Part shown: piece after piece, positions 1-13,378 of the stretch
Layout of the letters: each line of letters begins with the position of its first letter
How positions within the stretch are numbered: position 1 is the first letter of the stretch
Origin: Malacoraja senta
Taxonomy: Eukaryota
Direction of reading: 5' to 3'
NCBI GenBank assembly: GCA_038087875.1
Contig: CM075988.1
Coordinates: 26,042,001-26,102,000 of the forward strand
Length of the DNA stretch: 60,000 bases
The notes under the pieces: generated by a model
The model's input: the letters and a program-made list of their open reading frames with translations, nothing else
What the model was told of the DNA's origin: nothing
Databases searched by the model: none
Position numbers and translations under genes: made by a program

Positions 1-282
1 TAAATCTGGTATAAAAGTTGAAAGGTGTGGGACATTTAAGTTTGGTATCAACAATCATCTGTCTCATGAATTGCTTCACAATTTTTCACTATTTTCCGCC
101 TTAGTTATGTTGGACTTGGAGAATTCACCTTAATTGATGAACTGTAAAACATTTCAAATATGAGTTGAAAGAAATTAGTTAGCTCTTTTATTTTGTTGTT
201 GGCTAACTGATTCTGGCCTGCTTTGATTTTCTCTCACATGTGCTACTGATAACTGTTGTTGCCATGTTATGTACATTTACAG

Positions 283-443
283 GTGCTCAAGGGTCTACTG
301 GAGCACAACTGATGCTAGGAAGCGATGCGTGTACACCTGCAAGATCCTGGAACATAGACCTCCTCCTGTGGCCACAGAAGAAAACAGCACTTTAGAGCAC
401 AGTGAAAACAGAACTGTTGTACACAGTCCGCACAGTCCAGCAG
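283..443 (+). CDS. KMT2A: KMT2A internal exon (end of FYRN domain); the gene begins upstream of the window
   Basis: tttacAG acceptor and CAG|gtac donor. Encodes CSRVYWSTTDARKRCVYTCKI, the MLL1 FYRN C-terminal segment. 161 nt. Confidence 0.95.
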
Positions 444-595
444 GTACACATATGGTGCAAGCAAAGAACATTGTGTGTAGGAAAGAACATTGTTAGAATA
501 TGATGTATGCTGTAACCACACTCGGTAGGTACTCGGAGCCTAGAAGGAAAATATTCCTTGATAACTGACCTGGAATGTACCACTACGGTACACCG

Positions 596-687
596 GTCTG
601 AAGCAGGGTTCCGACCCGAAACGTCACCTATTCCTTTTCTCCAGAGATGCTGCCTGATCTGCTGAGTTGCTCCAGCATTTTGTGTCT
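596..687 (+). mobile_element. Hammerhead-type short element copy
   Basis: gtctgaagcagggttccgacccgaaacgtcacc...gatgctgcctgatctgctgagttgctccagcattttgtgtct; core has one substitution. Confidence 0.75.
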
Positions 688-2565
688 AAGTATGGTGGCT
701 CTTCCGTTTCCTGTCTCAGAGTAATGGTTGCAATGTGCACTCTGCAACTCTGCAATCTCTTTTTTATTCCTGGCTGAGTTGGGCCATCTTTCCTCTTGTA
801 CGTGCTGCTCCAAGCTCTCTTGTCTTTGCTCACTGGGGAAATGTGACCAACCCTTGTGATTACTGATAACTCCAGCATTATAGGTAGCTCTGCCCAGAAA
901 GAGAAACTTTCCTCAAGCTCTCAGGAGAAGGTTAAATGCTTGAATACCCATTGTTATAAAGGAATGGGGAAAGAAAAATAGATGCTTTTGGCAAGGTAGA
1001 GTTTATTTTAATTGTGCCCTTGGAATCTGAATAGCATCAAGTTACTTTACATTGTTGCTTAAAGAATTTGCAAACTAATTCAATTGTCAAAAGGTATGCA
1101 CAACTGACTACCTTTAATGCTTGTACCTTGTGTCTGTCTCAACCAGGAACCTCCTTCAGGCTCTTTCATTGTTCGGTAGCTAGTCCGTACAGGCAGACTT
1201 TATTTGTAAGTTGTAGTTCATTGAGTCCGTGATTGTTTTCAGAGCAGTCCTATTTGTCCAATCTCCCGACTTATTTCCATATAGCCTATTCTCTCTCACG
1301 TGCCCATTAACTCCATTGTGATTCTCCCACCACCCACCTGCGTCAGCACACAAACCAACCTTCACATCTTTGGGATGTGGGAGGAAGCTGGAGCAACTGG
1401 GGAATCCCTTTCAATCACAGGAAGATTATGTCAACTCTAAATTGACAGCACCCAGGGTAGGGATTGAATATAAATTGCTGTGCCATTTATCAGCAATAGT
1501 ACTGTGCAGCCTTATGCTGAAATATGTAGAGATTCAGGGAGTGAATGCAGAGCACCCAGCTCGGAATATAACATTTAGAGATTCCTTTATTTGTCATTCA
1601 GACCTTTCGGTATAATGACAGTCAAAATGTGATGGAGAGTTCGATTTTGTAGATGGAAGTGGTACACAGGAGTAGCTGGTGGAGCCACTGTCTCACTGCA
1701 AGTCTTGATACTTTAGAGATACAGTGTGGGAATGGGCCCTTTGGCCTACCAAGTCTGCACTGTAACCTAACACTATCCTAAACAGTAGGAACAATTGACA
1801 TTTCCAGCAGCCAATTAACTTACAAAACTGCACGTCTTTGGAAAAAAAGAAAACCTGAAAACCAGTGGGGAACAAAACAGAGCACCCGGAAAAAACCCAC
1901 GCAGTCACAGGGGGGGACGTGCAGACTGCACCCATAGTCATGATCGAACACCTGTCTCTGGCGTTGTAAGGCAGCAGCTCTACCACTGTGCCGCCAAAAC
2001 TTTAAACAGTGTTCTGGTTTCAGTCCTGACCTCGGATACGGTTTGTCTTCCTGTGACCGTATGCTTTTACCCCCAATGCTTTGGATTCCTTGCGTGTCCT
2101 AAAACATGCCAGTTGGTAGGTTAATTGCCCACTGTAAAATTGCCCCTCTGTAAAATGGCTCGATGAGTGGCAGAAACTGGGGAGTTGATGGGAGCGTGTG
2201 CAGAACAGAATAGGATGCATGTAGGATTGTAAATGGGTGCTTGATGATAACCACGGACATGATGGGCTGAATGGTCTGTTTCTGGATTGTACGACTATTA
2301 TGCTTCCTGTCAGTCCATTGAAACTCCCATTGTTTATGTTCACTAGTGTGGCTGGTATAGGAAAATTTAGTTCTGTACCTCTTTGAAGTCAGGTCAGTTG
2401 TAATGTAATGAAATATCTTTCTTAGCGGGAGGATTTTGACCTCCATCAAACAATGTATCATGCATGGGCTGTGCAGCGAGATGGCTTTATTGCTATGGTA
2501 CTAACTTGAAGTATCCCACTTCCCTTGCTCAAATGCTGACAATTAACTTGGTTTCTCCTTGACAG

Positions 2566-2745
2566 AAATTGACACAACAGAGAATCAAAACACAGGTTTA
2601 TCTGAAATACCAGATCATCATCCAGCCTCTCATGCACCTGGGCCAATACCTCCAAGATCACAGCCTGGAAGTAGAACTCAGATATCTAGTTTTTCCCCGT
2701 CACGTCGAATCACAAACACAGGATCAAGACCACTTCCATCACCAG
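2566..2745 (+). CDS. KMT2A: KMT2A internal exon (Ser/Pro-rich linker)
   Basis: ttctccttgacAG acceptor and CAG|gtacc donor. 180 nt, phase 1-1, open frame ending SRPLPSPG, similar to MLL1 CRPLPSAG. Confidence 0.88.
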
Positions 2746-3954
2746 GTACCCATGTTGCATTCCACACACAGGTCATTCGGGAAAAAGGAAGCGGGAGTTG
2801 GCTATTGATCCCGTCAAGCCTGCCTCACTATTCAATATGATCATGGCTGATCTGACCCAACATCAACTTTGTGGCTGTACTACAATGCCCTCAATTTCCT
2901 GTTTTTTTAAAACAAATTAATCTCTCTCCTGTGTTTGAGCCACGACATCCCTCTAGGATGGAGAATCTCAGTTTTAATTAATTGCCCTTGTAACCATGCC
3001 AATAGTGTTAAACTGTCCCACACTTGGAAACATCTCAGCATCCTACCTGGACATGCTCCCATTCAGTGTATCTCAGCATCCTACTTGGACATGGTCCCAA
3101 TCGGATTACCTGTTTCAGTGAGATTGTTCCTCATTCTTCTGAACTCCAAAGAACACCTGTCTAATCCATTTTGAGTTGTTCACAATAGGACAGCCTATTG
3201 CAGGAATCAGCTGAACAAATTGCTTCCGGATTTCCTTCAATGCTGTATGTCCTTTCTTGTGCTCCAGGTTTGACCTTGCCAATACTCTGTAGAGCCCTTC
3301 TCTATTTCCTACCATTAGTCCCCAGCATTAAAGGCCATTGTACCATTTGCCACGTTAATTGCTTGCTGCATCTGTGTGCTGACTCTTTTGTTTTTTCATC
3401 AACAAGAACACCATTATCCCACTGTTCTGCATCTTTGGCATTAGAGCTCCGAACATGGATCCAGTAAATCTATGTAAGGTTTTAGGTGGATTATTGGACG
3501 ATTGGAATTCCATGTTTATGGAGCTCAGCTAGAAAATAAAGTTGAGGCCCACAATCTGTTCACCCATGATCTTTGAATTGCAGTCTTGGCTGTAAGGGCT
3601 CTATAATCTATTGTTAAAGTACTATGCAGTTTTACTATTTCTGATATGATTCTTAATATGCACTTTAGGATACTTGAAACCAAAATATGTTTTTTGTTCA
3701 TGCTCCAGTTTAGACATGTCACAGGAGCAAAATTAGGCTATTCTGCCATTCGAACATGCTTCATCTCTTTTTCCCTTTCAGCCCAATTTTCCTGACTTCT
3801 CCCCGTAACCGTTTGATGCCCTTACTAATCAAGTTTCTCTTATGAATCATTTTATGTATCGGGTATGTTGCTGTTAAAGTGATAAATCAGCATGTACATT
3901 CACTTTTACTTGTTTTGGGGGTGTGCTGTGCTGTATTTGTTGTATGTGACGGCT

Positions 3955-6625
3955 GGTAGGGCGGAAGGTGACAGCCGAACCTCACCGGGACCGTCGAACC
4001 TCTCCACCTCACCGGGACCGTGGAACCTCTCCACCTCACCGAGCCTGCTGAGCCTCGCCGCCGCACCGACCATCCGCTGACCGGGACCTCCTACGCTTCA
4101 CCCGCTGACCCGGACTCCACTCCCCGCGGGCCTCCACCATCGACTCCACCCACCCTCGCCACTCCACCGCTCTCCAGCAGGCCGCAGCTGTCGCCTTACC
4201 CGAGTCCTAGGCTCAGCACCGGGCCTGCAGTCTCCACGCTGCAGACTCTGACATCACGGGTTCTGACTGTGCTGGGTCCTAGTGCTAGACCCCCTAACCC
4301 AGGCAACCTCAGTGGTTGTTCCACTGGGTCTTCCCCTTCCGTCTCAAACCTTGTGACCCCAGCTCTTCCCCACCCACACTATAGTCCTCATACCCCCTTC
4401 ATCCTTGAAAAAGGGAAGGAGTCCTCCCCCCCCCCCCCCCCAGGGATGACCCCTTCTCCCGCCTCCAACGGACCCCCTCCTCTTGGACTCCCCCTCATGG
4501 CCATCTGCTTTAGACCTTTTTATTTTAAACTGCCGGCGGGACGTCAACCGCCTCAACTTCTCCACTCCCCTTTCTCACTCTAACCTCCCCCCCCCCCCCC
4601 CCGAACGTACAGCCCTCCACTCATTCTGCAACAACCCAGACTAGGTGATCAAACCCGCTGACAAGGGAGGTGTCGTGGTAGTCTGGCGCGCTGATCTCCA
4701 CAAGGCTGAGGCCATGCGCCAACTCTCAGACACCTCCTCCTACTTATCCTTGGACCATGACCCCACAGACGCGCACCAGGCCACTATCTCTAACACTATC
4801 ACTGACTTCATCAACTCCGGCTCCCTGCCCTCCCAAGCCTCAAACCTCATCGTTCCCCAGCCCTGCACGGCCCGATTTTACCTTCTCCCCAAAATCCACA
4901 AACCAGACTGTCCTGGCAGACCCATTGTTTCTACCTGCTCGTGTCCTACCGAACTTATTTCCACATACCTCGACTCCATCCAATCCCCCCTGATCAAATC
5001 CCTCCCTACCTATGTCCAAGACACCTCACCGCTCTTCATCTACTCCAGGACTTCTGTTTTCTAGGCCCCCATTCCCTCATCTTCACCATGGACGTCCAGT
5101 CACTCTACACCTCCATCCCCCACCAGGAGGGTCTCAAATCCCTCCGTTTCTTCCTCGACCGCAGAACCAACCAATCCCCGTCTACAAATACACTCCTCCG
5201 CCTAGCGGCGCTGGTCCTTACCCTTAATAACTTTTCGTTTGACTCCTCCCATTTCCTCCAAATACAAGGCGTAGCTATGGGCACACGCATGGGCCCCAGC
5301 TATGCCTGCCTCTTTGTAGGGTATGTCGAACAATCCTTGTTCGAGGCGTACCGTGGCCCTATCCCCGAACTCTACCTCCGCTACATCGACGACTACATTG
5401 GTGCTACCTCCTGCACCCACACACAACTCACTGACCATCCATTTCACCACTAACTTCCATCCGGCACTCAAATACACCTGGACCATTTCCGACATTGCCC
5501 TACCATTTCTTGACCTCACTATCTCCATCGCAGGTGATAGACTACTGACCGACATCCACTATAAACCCACTGACTCCCATGGCTATCTGGACTACATTTC
5601 TTCCCACCCTGCTTCCTGTAAGGACTCCATCCCCTACCAATTTCTCTGCCTACGCCGCATCTGCACCCAGAATGAGGTGTTCCACACCAGGGCCTCGGAG
5701 ATGTTCTCATTCTTCAGGGACCGGGGGTTCCCCTCTTCTACTATAAATGAGGCTCTTACCAGGGTCTCATCTATACCCCGTAACTGCTCTCTCTCCCCAT
5801 CCCCCCATTCGTGACAATGGCAGAGTCTCCCTTGTCCTCACCTTCCACCCTACCAGCTGTCACATACCACAAATAATCCTCTGTCATTTTCACCACCTCC
5901 AACGTGATCCCACCACTTGCCACATCTGCCCATCTCCTCCCCTGTCTGCTCCCTCCATAATTCCCTGATCAATTTGTTCCTTCCCTTCCGAACCACCTCC
6001 TCTCCGGGCACTTTCCCTTGCAACCGCAAGAAATGCTACACTTGTCGCTTTACCTCCCCCCTTGACTCCATTGAAGGACCCAAGCAGTCTTTCCAGGTGA
6101 GGCAGAGGTTCACCTGCACCTCCTCCAACCTCATCTATTGCATCCGCTGCTCTAGATTTCAGCTGCTCTACATCGGTGAGACCAAGCGTAGGCTTGGCGA
6201 TCGTTTCGCCGAACACCTCCGCTCGGTCCGCATTAACCAACCTGTGGGCTCAGCACTTCAACTCCCCCTCCCATTCCGAATCCGACCTTTCTGTCCTGGG
6301 CCTCTTCAATGGCCAGAGTGAGGCCCACCGTAAATTGGAGGAGCAGCACCTCAGATTTCGCTTGGGCAGTTTGCACCCCAGTGGTATGAACATTGACTTC
6401 TCTAATTTCAGGTAGTCCCTACTTTCTCCTCCCCTTCCCAGCTCTCCATTAGCCCACTGGCTCCTCCTCTTCCTTTCTTCTTCCCGCCCCCCACCCCCAC
6501 ATCAGTCTGAAGATGTGGTTCGACCCGAAACGTTGCCTATTTCCTTCGCTCCATAGATGTTGCCTCACCCACTGAGTTTCTCCAGCATTTTTGTCTACTT
6601 TCGATCTGCAGTTCCTTCTTAAACA
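3955..6625 (+). mobile_element. Decayed Penelope-like retroelement (RT + GIY-YIG endonuclease, probably Neptune-type) in a KMT2A intron
   Basis: Frameshifted ORF pieces carry IKPADKGG, LLPKIHK..PGRPIVS, MDVQSLYTSIP, GVAMGTRMGPSYA, YLRYIDD, FLDL, a Cys linker CNRKKCYTC and NLIYCIRC..LYIGET.R.L..RF.EH. Stop at 6415, followed by a 3' terminal repeat region with a hammerhead motif. Confidence 0.93.
6503..6538 (+). ncRNA. Minimal type-I hammerhead ribozyme motif in the Penelope 3' terminal repeat
   Basis: CTGAAGA (6507-6513), an imperfect stem II, then GAAAC-GTT. The palindromic ACGT helix III is typical of PLE minimal hammerheads. Confidence 0.7.
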
Positions 6626-6905
6626 TAAAATAAATTTAAAGTTGTTTGCACCTAAGCAGCTACGGAATCTGATTAAAAGTTTTTTTTTAATCAGATTAAT
6701 GTATTTATTTGGTAAGAGTTTCAAAGAATAACTGGTGGGGCAATTCAGATGAGCTATGATTTATGTAATTGGGAGAATGGTTGGTCAGTTTGATACATAT
6801 TTTTGGCACTAAAATAGGAGATAATAGTTAATTATTTTTCCAGTCAGGCATCTTGATAAACGCTGAAAAGTCAATAATTTATCACCTGTTTGTTTCTTTT
6901 TGAAG

Positions 6906-9900
6906 GGAGCCCCACGCCAATGATTCATGAGAAAGTTACATTTGCTGATGCCCTGCTGTCGTCTGGGAGACGGAGCACCATTTCTAGGAGGCATAGTACA
7001 ACATCAGTATCACCCCAACATTGCAGGCACAGGATGGCTTCCCCTTCCCAAATGGGCATAACATACATCAGGTCAAGTGGTAACATCAATACATCTCCAC
7101 TGACCTCCCTCAGCGTATCTCCAGATACAGACACAGGAAACCAACCTGGTGAAACACTTCGCAAAGCGCTTCAGTCAGACAAACTTGGCATTTCAGTCCA
7201 GTCGCATACAAGCCCTTCAGGTCGACAACGAATCTGTAGTGCTGATTCCGTCCCTGTACATTACACAGGTGTTTCTCATGCACTGGGTTTACAGCCTAAC
7301 AGGACAGAACCAACATGCGTTGGGCATCACACTTCAAAAGAGCGTCCTCTAACTTTATCTGGTAACCATTCTCGAAGTGAGACGAATGCACCTGCAAGTA
7401 CGTCGGATGGTACGGTAACAACGTCAGTGTTGCCACTGATGTCTACCTCAGTTCCCACAGTAGCAGCCTTGCGTACATCACAGAAGGAAGCACGGAACAA
7501 CAGTGCATTGCTTACCAACTCTAACTCTGTGACACCACACTCCAAAGAAACTAAAACCTGTATGTTACCTTTTCACCAAAAGGATTCTAGAAGACCAAAT
7601 GAGCAACACAAGGAATCTGTGCATCCAGGAAAACCAAGCAGAGATCACATCCACAATCAAGGTACTGAGAGGATGAGGTTACAGTCTGCTGGAGTTAGCC
7701 ACACTGTGGCTGCTGGGATTGAATACTCTCGGCCAAACTGTACAGAGAAGAGACCAGTCATTAAAATGTCATCGACTGATTTTCCCAAAAACAGTAGACT
7801 ACAAACAGGGAAGCATTTTGAGGGAAGCCTATTTTCCAATTCTGCTGCAGATATAAAGGTTAATTCAAAAACATCCATCAATTCGCTACTTGAACCTGCT
7901 GAGAACACTCAAACTGTGGAAGAACCTAAACAGATATTTGGTGACAAACCTGCTGGCACTGAACATTATCTCCCTGCTAATATTGGTGATGGAATCCAAC
8001 CTCCATCTGACAAAATTAGGGCTGATATTCGCAAAAAAGAAATGCATGCTTCACAAAAGCAAGAACTTCACGGATATTTCGAACCCGATGACCTGGTTGA
8101 TGAGGATCATGACGAGAGTGTGGCTACATCCATGTCGACCAGTTCTCAGGAAGGCGAGGAGATATTGTCCTCCACAGTTGCACAACCTTCAATGACAGGA
8201 AGTCCAGAAAATGAGCAGGAAAACCTTAGGTGTCCAAAGTGCAACAAGATCTACAAACAAAGGGTGAAAAACCTGTTTCAAAAGCACGTGCTGCAGTGTG
8301 GAAGTCAGACCGCACAAGAGGATGGCGATGGGAACAAAGCTCAGGATAACGATTCAAACAAAAGGAGGTATCCTCGGCGCAGTGCCCGTGCACGCTCAAC
8401 TACCTTCTTTGGGTTGACTCCCTTTTATGGTGTGAAATCGTACGGTGAAGAAGATTTTCCATTCTATCGAGACCCCTCGGGGAAAAAACGAGGAGAACAG
8501 TCAACTCAAGGACAGGTGGATGGAGCTGATGATCCAAGTACATCATCTGATGAAGATATGGAATACTACTACAACTTCACAAGAACAGTTATCACATCTG
8601 ATAGAGAAGGAAGACTTGAGCCATGCAGTTTCTTTGATGGTGAGGAAGATTGCCGCGTACCCAGGATAAGTCAACTAGATGGTGTCGATGATGGCACAGA
8701 AAGTGATGTTAGTGTCACCACAACAGCAGGTAAAACAACACAGGTGAACAAAATAAAATCCAAAGAAAATGGAACTGAAAGCTTAGACCTTGATGGCGCC
8801 ATTAACAGCGGAGCTGTTGATGGAGAAAAGGAAAACCACGGCATCAAAACAGTTTCTGACCTGAAAGGTAGTGATTCAAAATTAGATAACTGTGTTCCAG
8901 TGAGTAGAGTTAAGTCTCAGGGCCAAGACTCCTTAGGGGAGGTTTCTCTCGCCTCATTAGACACTCCAAGACGGAGCAATTCCAACACGCCTTCTGAGAA
9001 AAATTTGCTGGATAGTTTCAACACAGACTTGTTGAAGGCTGCCAATGATTCGGACAATAACAACAGTGATGACTGTGGCAACATTCTGCCGTCTGACATC
9101 ATGGACTTTGTACTGAAGAATACACAGAGCATGCAGGCTCTAGGGGAAAGCCCAGAGTCATCATCTTCTGAACTTATAACACTGGGTGAGGGTTTAGGCC
9201 TGGTGAGTAACAGAGGAAAGGACATGGGCAGTCTGTTTGAAGTGTTTTCCCAGCCATTGCCCAGCACAGAACCTGTGGAAAATGTTGTCTCGGCCTCCAT
9301 TCCTGCCGAGGAGCCGTTTGAGCTGCCCCTGGAGTTGCCGTCTGACCTCTCCGTTTTAACAACTTGCAGCCCAACTGTTTCTAACCAAAGTCACAGCAGC
9401 CTTACTGTTATTTCCACATCCCAGCTCGCCCCATCAGAAGATCAATCGGTGTTGAATTTACCTGCTGCTGAGACGGTGGAGAAGGGGGTGACAGTGACTG
9501 GGGAGAAATCAGTGACAGTGAATGAACCCGAGGTTTCTCTGATGGGCCATCAAGTGGTGGAGCCGTCTGGAGAAAGCCACATGGCATCAGATCACTTCAT
9601 GCAAAGTCACATGGACACTGACCAACTGACGTCGCCAACCTGCACTCAGGTGGAACAAGGACTTAACCAGGATCTGACCGGGGTTGGCGCCAGCTCGCCA
9701 ATTGTCCTTCCAGTATCTGTTTCACCTTCCGTGTTACCTCAAGGGCAAAAATACGTCACAAGTCCAGATAGTCCTGGGCCTGCTCCCATCGCAGGTTCTA
9801 CAGCAGAGAGTGCAACGCCACTCTCTAAACCAGGCACCGAAAACCTCATTATTGTTAATCAACATGGACAGCCACTGTATGTTCTCCAAACACTTCCCAA

Positions 9901-11400
9901 TGGAGTTACACAAAAGATCAATCTTGCACCTTCAGTAGGAAGCACACAAGCAGTTATAGAGGCAAACAATACAGTTCTTGGGCAAAATGTTTCTATGGGA
10001 TGTAGCCTATCTTTGGCAACTGGTTTAAATGTAAGTTTGCCAGCTTCACAGTCAATATACACTTCTGCTACCATGACCAACAGCGGTGGCCTGATGACGT
10101 TATCACAACACCCTCAGTTGCATTCCTTTCCGGGACCCACTGTGTCAGCATTTCAGCCCAGCAGCACCAACTCGGCCTCCAACCTACTCATCGGGGTCCA
10201 GTCACCTCAGGATCCTCTACTCTTAAGTTCTGAGCCCAGTCAGAGGCCAGAGCTTGTCACTGCCATGACCTCTAGTCCAGGGTCCACCCAAGCTAAGAAA
10301 AGACCAATAAATAGACTGCCTTCTAAAAAGGGCAAAAAACTAGCACCTTCGTACCAGCAAACATCAAGTTCTTCTGCAGAAATTGTACCTAACTTGACTT
10401 CTATTAACTTCCCATCATCGCAGGTGTCTGGAGGGATTGCTAGCCAGTCAGGATTAGTGGATTTAGGAGCACTTACCAGCTCAGGACTGCAGCGAACAAT
10501 TCCAAACATAATCAAGCATCCCAAACCTGCCGTGATGTATTTTGAACAGGCATCTTTGGCTGTGCCTCAGCTTCAACAAACACTGGGGGCAGTAGGTTCC
10601 ACAAACATCATTGTGCCAGAAAATACTCATTTGGCAGCAGGAAATGTATCAGGATTGGGATCAGGCCAGTCGGTTTTAAATGTTGTATCTATGCATGCAG
10701 CAACAGCAGCAACCAGTACAGGAGCAGTAACTGGGCATATTCTGGGTCAAGGTTCAGTCACCCTTGCTGCTCCAATGTTGCTGGGGACAACAGACATTAC
10801 TGGCTCAATAAGTAATCTGTTAGTCAAAGCTAGTCAACAGAGCTTAGCACTTTCAGATCAGGCAGTGCCGTTGCCTGGAGCAGGAATGTTTCAACAGCTG
10901 GGACCATCACAAAGCCCCAACAGTGGACCCCTATCTCCAGCACAGAATATATGCCTGCTGCCTTCCACTGCAGCAGTCACTGTTGCACCATCTGAGCAGG
11001 AAGGGACCTATCAGCTACACCATCAGAGAACTCAATTGTTGCCAAGCAAATGCGTGACAACAACTGTCCAGTTAGATGCTGTTTGCATTTCAGATGGACA
11101 GATACCTACTACCACACTGAGCGTGTCGCCCAGTGGCATGAGCAACACCGGCATGGCCACGTCAGCTCCATTGACCTCTATGTTGTCCTCTACCATGGAC
11201 CAATCTCCTGTCAGTGGTGTGCCTGCTGCATCTCCAGGCTCTCCAAGAACCAAGCCCAGGGTAAAACGGGCATCGTCCTCTTCTGACAAACTGAGCAATA
11301 AAAAGCACAAGGTGGCACATGTCATGACTGAAATCTGTGGTGGTCATCAAGATGTCCTGGAGGCTGATTCAGCCGCTGTACCTTTGTCCTCCAGTGCAGG
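6906..11400 (+). CDS. KMT2A: KMT2A giant exon (4495 nt): Taspase1 sites CS1/CS2, transactivation domain, low-complexity region
   Basis: Lies within the 1504-aa ORF. tttttgaAG acceptor and GG|gtaagt donor. Contains KRRYPRRSARARS, QVDGADD (8513-8533), QLDGVDD (8672-8692) and DDCGNILPSDIMDFVLKNT (KIX-binding TAD, ~9068-9124). Confidence 0.98.
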
Positions 11401-11865
11401 GTAAGTAATTCAGGCCTACAACAGATAAAGATTTTATTTAAGACACCTTTTAACAGATCTGAAGAATGCCACAGTTCAATATAAATGGTGGGATTTGATG
11501 GTACTTGCGCAGAGTAAGTTTGGATAGATATCTGAATGGAACCTATCAGCCAGCAAGTGATAGGAGATCAAAGATTTGCAGTGCCAAAATTCAGAGGTGT
11601 TACATTATGCTTTGGCAGAATATTATCTCCAACCTCATTTAATGGTATTTATTTCAAATTATTTGGGAAAATATTGGACAAACAAGAAATAACTGTGTTG
11701 CAGGGCTCAGTACGGGCTTACAATAGGATTGAACGTTGAAATTTATAATCATACAAATACAATGTGATGGATTTTTGGTGACCTTAACTTAATACTGTTA
11801 ACAACCGGTAAAATAAACCTCTTGACAACACTGCACAGAGATTGTAACATTTAACGTTATTTCAG

Positions 11866-11961
11866 TTCTGTTCGTGTAAGAATAAAGGCAACCGTGCAAG
11901 ATGTAATGGAACTTGATGAGCAACAGCATGAAGATTATCACCAGGATTCTGATTCTCCCAG
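11866..11961 (+). CDS. KMT2A: KMT2A small internal exon (poorly conserved linker)
   Basis: ttatttcAG acceptor and AG|gtgaga donor. 96 nt, phase 2-2, open (SVRVRIKATVQDVMELDEQQHEDYHQDSDSP). Inferred from phase compatibility. Confidence 0.72.
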
Positions 11962-13378
11962 GTGAGAAGAGTTTGTTGAGGATTTTGTAATTAAAATTAC
12001 GTATATGAAAGAAATTGTTGCCATTAGCATAATGTTCAGACCAAAGGCAGGATCCACGAGTGGCCTTACTGTGGGTGAGGTAGTTACGATCTGCCCTGCT
12101 CCACCAAAAAATGTGATGAACGCAAGTTCAGTTACGACTTTCAAAGGGGAATTGGGTAAGTATTTAAAGGTAATACTTTTGCAGGCCAGTCGGGAATAGA
12201 GAAATAGCATTGACTATAGACCTGTGCAAAGAACTACTCAGAGCCATCATCTCTGCTGAAATATTTTTATATTATTACAATAATAATGACAATAATTATT
12301 TAAATCTCTTGTTGGAGAAAAGCAGACAGTGTGCGCTCAAGGATTTGTTCTTGCAGCATGCTTCAGCATGATGCCTTGTGCACAGCTAGGGAAATGGAGA
12401 AAATTGTATGGAACAGGGGTAGCAGGAAGCTGAGCTGACATTCTACAGTAAGGATGTTAATGGAATAGCATTGGTGAGAACATGTTTGTGTTTCTAAGAG
12501 CCTTCGCACTTCGGGGCAGAATAAGACATGCGTCTGCACCTTGAATTCAATAAAGATTGACTTGGGAAAAGTGGAAGTAGAAAAGATATTGATTATGTAA
12601 ATACTGCTGGCAACAATATTGCCATAACTAGTCCCATAATGCGAAGGCAGGATCTTATGTTTGAGTCTAAACTACTGCAAATAAAGCTCCAGCCTCAAGT
12701 GAAAAGATATGGTTTTAAGGACACCGGAAGGACGACTTCACTTGTTGAGTTGCAAGAGGAATAGAATATTGCGGTTATCTGAAAAATCTCCACATGATCA
12801 TATAATGGAAAGAAGATAGCTCATGAATTAGTTGAACCAAGGACACTCAAGTGAACTTGAAGCCTGAATATCAAGTCTGAAAATGGGTCCTACTTGAAAC
12901 ATCACCTATCCATTTTCTCCACAGATGCTGCCTGACCCGCTGAGTTACTCCAGCACTCTGTGTCTTGTTGATGATCTTGGTTAAGGGAGAACAAATAGCC
13001 TGGACATCAGCCCATATTAGCTTTCAAATAGTAGTGCACAGCTTTATTGTTTCTTCGAGGACAGATAGACCTCAACATAGTGTCTCATTTGAAAGATGGC
13101 ATCCATCACCGTATAATACTCCTTCGTTACCGTCAGATGCAGACACAGATTTTAGATCTCTGAAGTGAAACTTGAACCTGCATTTTCTGAGTCAGAGTAT
13201 GCTTCAAGTTGAGTTGTAACTAATTCCTAATTTAAAAATCATGTTAAATACAAATCAAATCGTTTAAAAATGACTCCCCTTTTTAAGTGTTTGATGCTTG
13301 AGTTTGTGTTAACTTAAGGAATTGCCAGCAAGCCTGTGTTGAGGTTGTTCATTAAAGCCGTGATTTTTGCCTCACCAG

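Noticed and set aside
4020..4583. 187-aa Pro/Ser-rich ORF as a separate gene
   Set aside because: It lies in the C-rich 5' part of the decayed Penelope-like element, where low stop-codon density follows from composition.
6010..6200. Possible selenocysteine-encoding (Naiad-like) Penelope element
   Set aside because: Cys positions in the linker and endonuclease use TGC/TGT (one is mutated to TTT). I see no in-frame TGA at those positions and no convincing SECIS.
6890..11404. 1504-aa ORF as a stand-alone gene
   Set aside because: It is one internal exon of KMT2A bounded by splice sites at 6906 and 11400; the listed start is a TTG in the intron.
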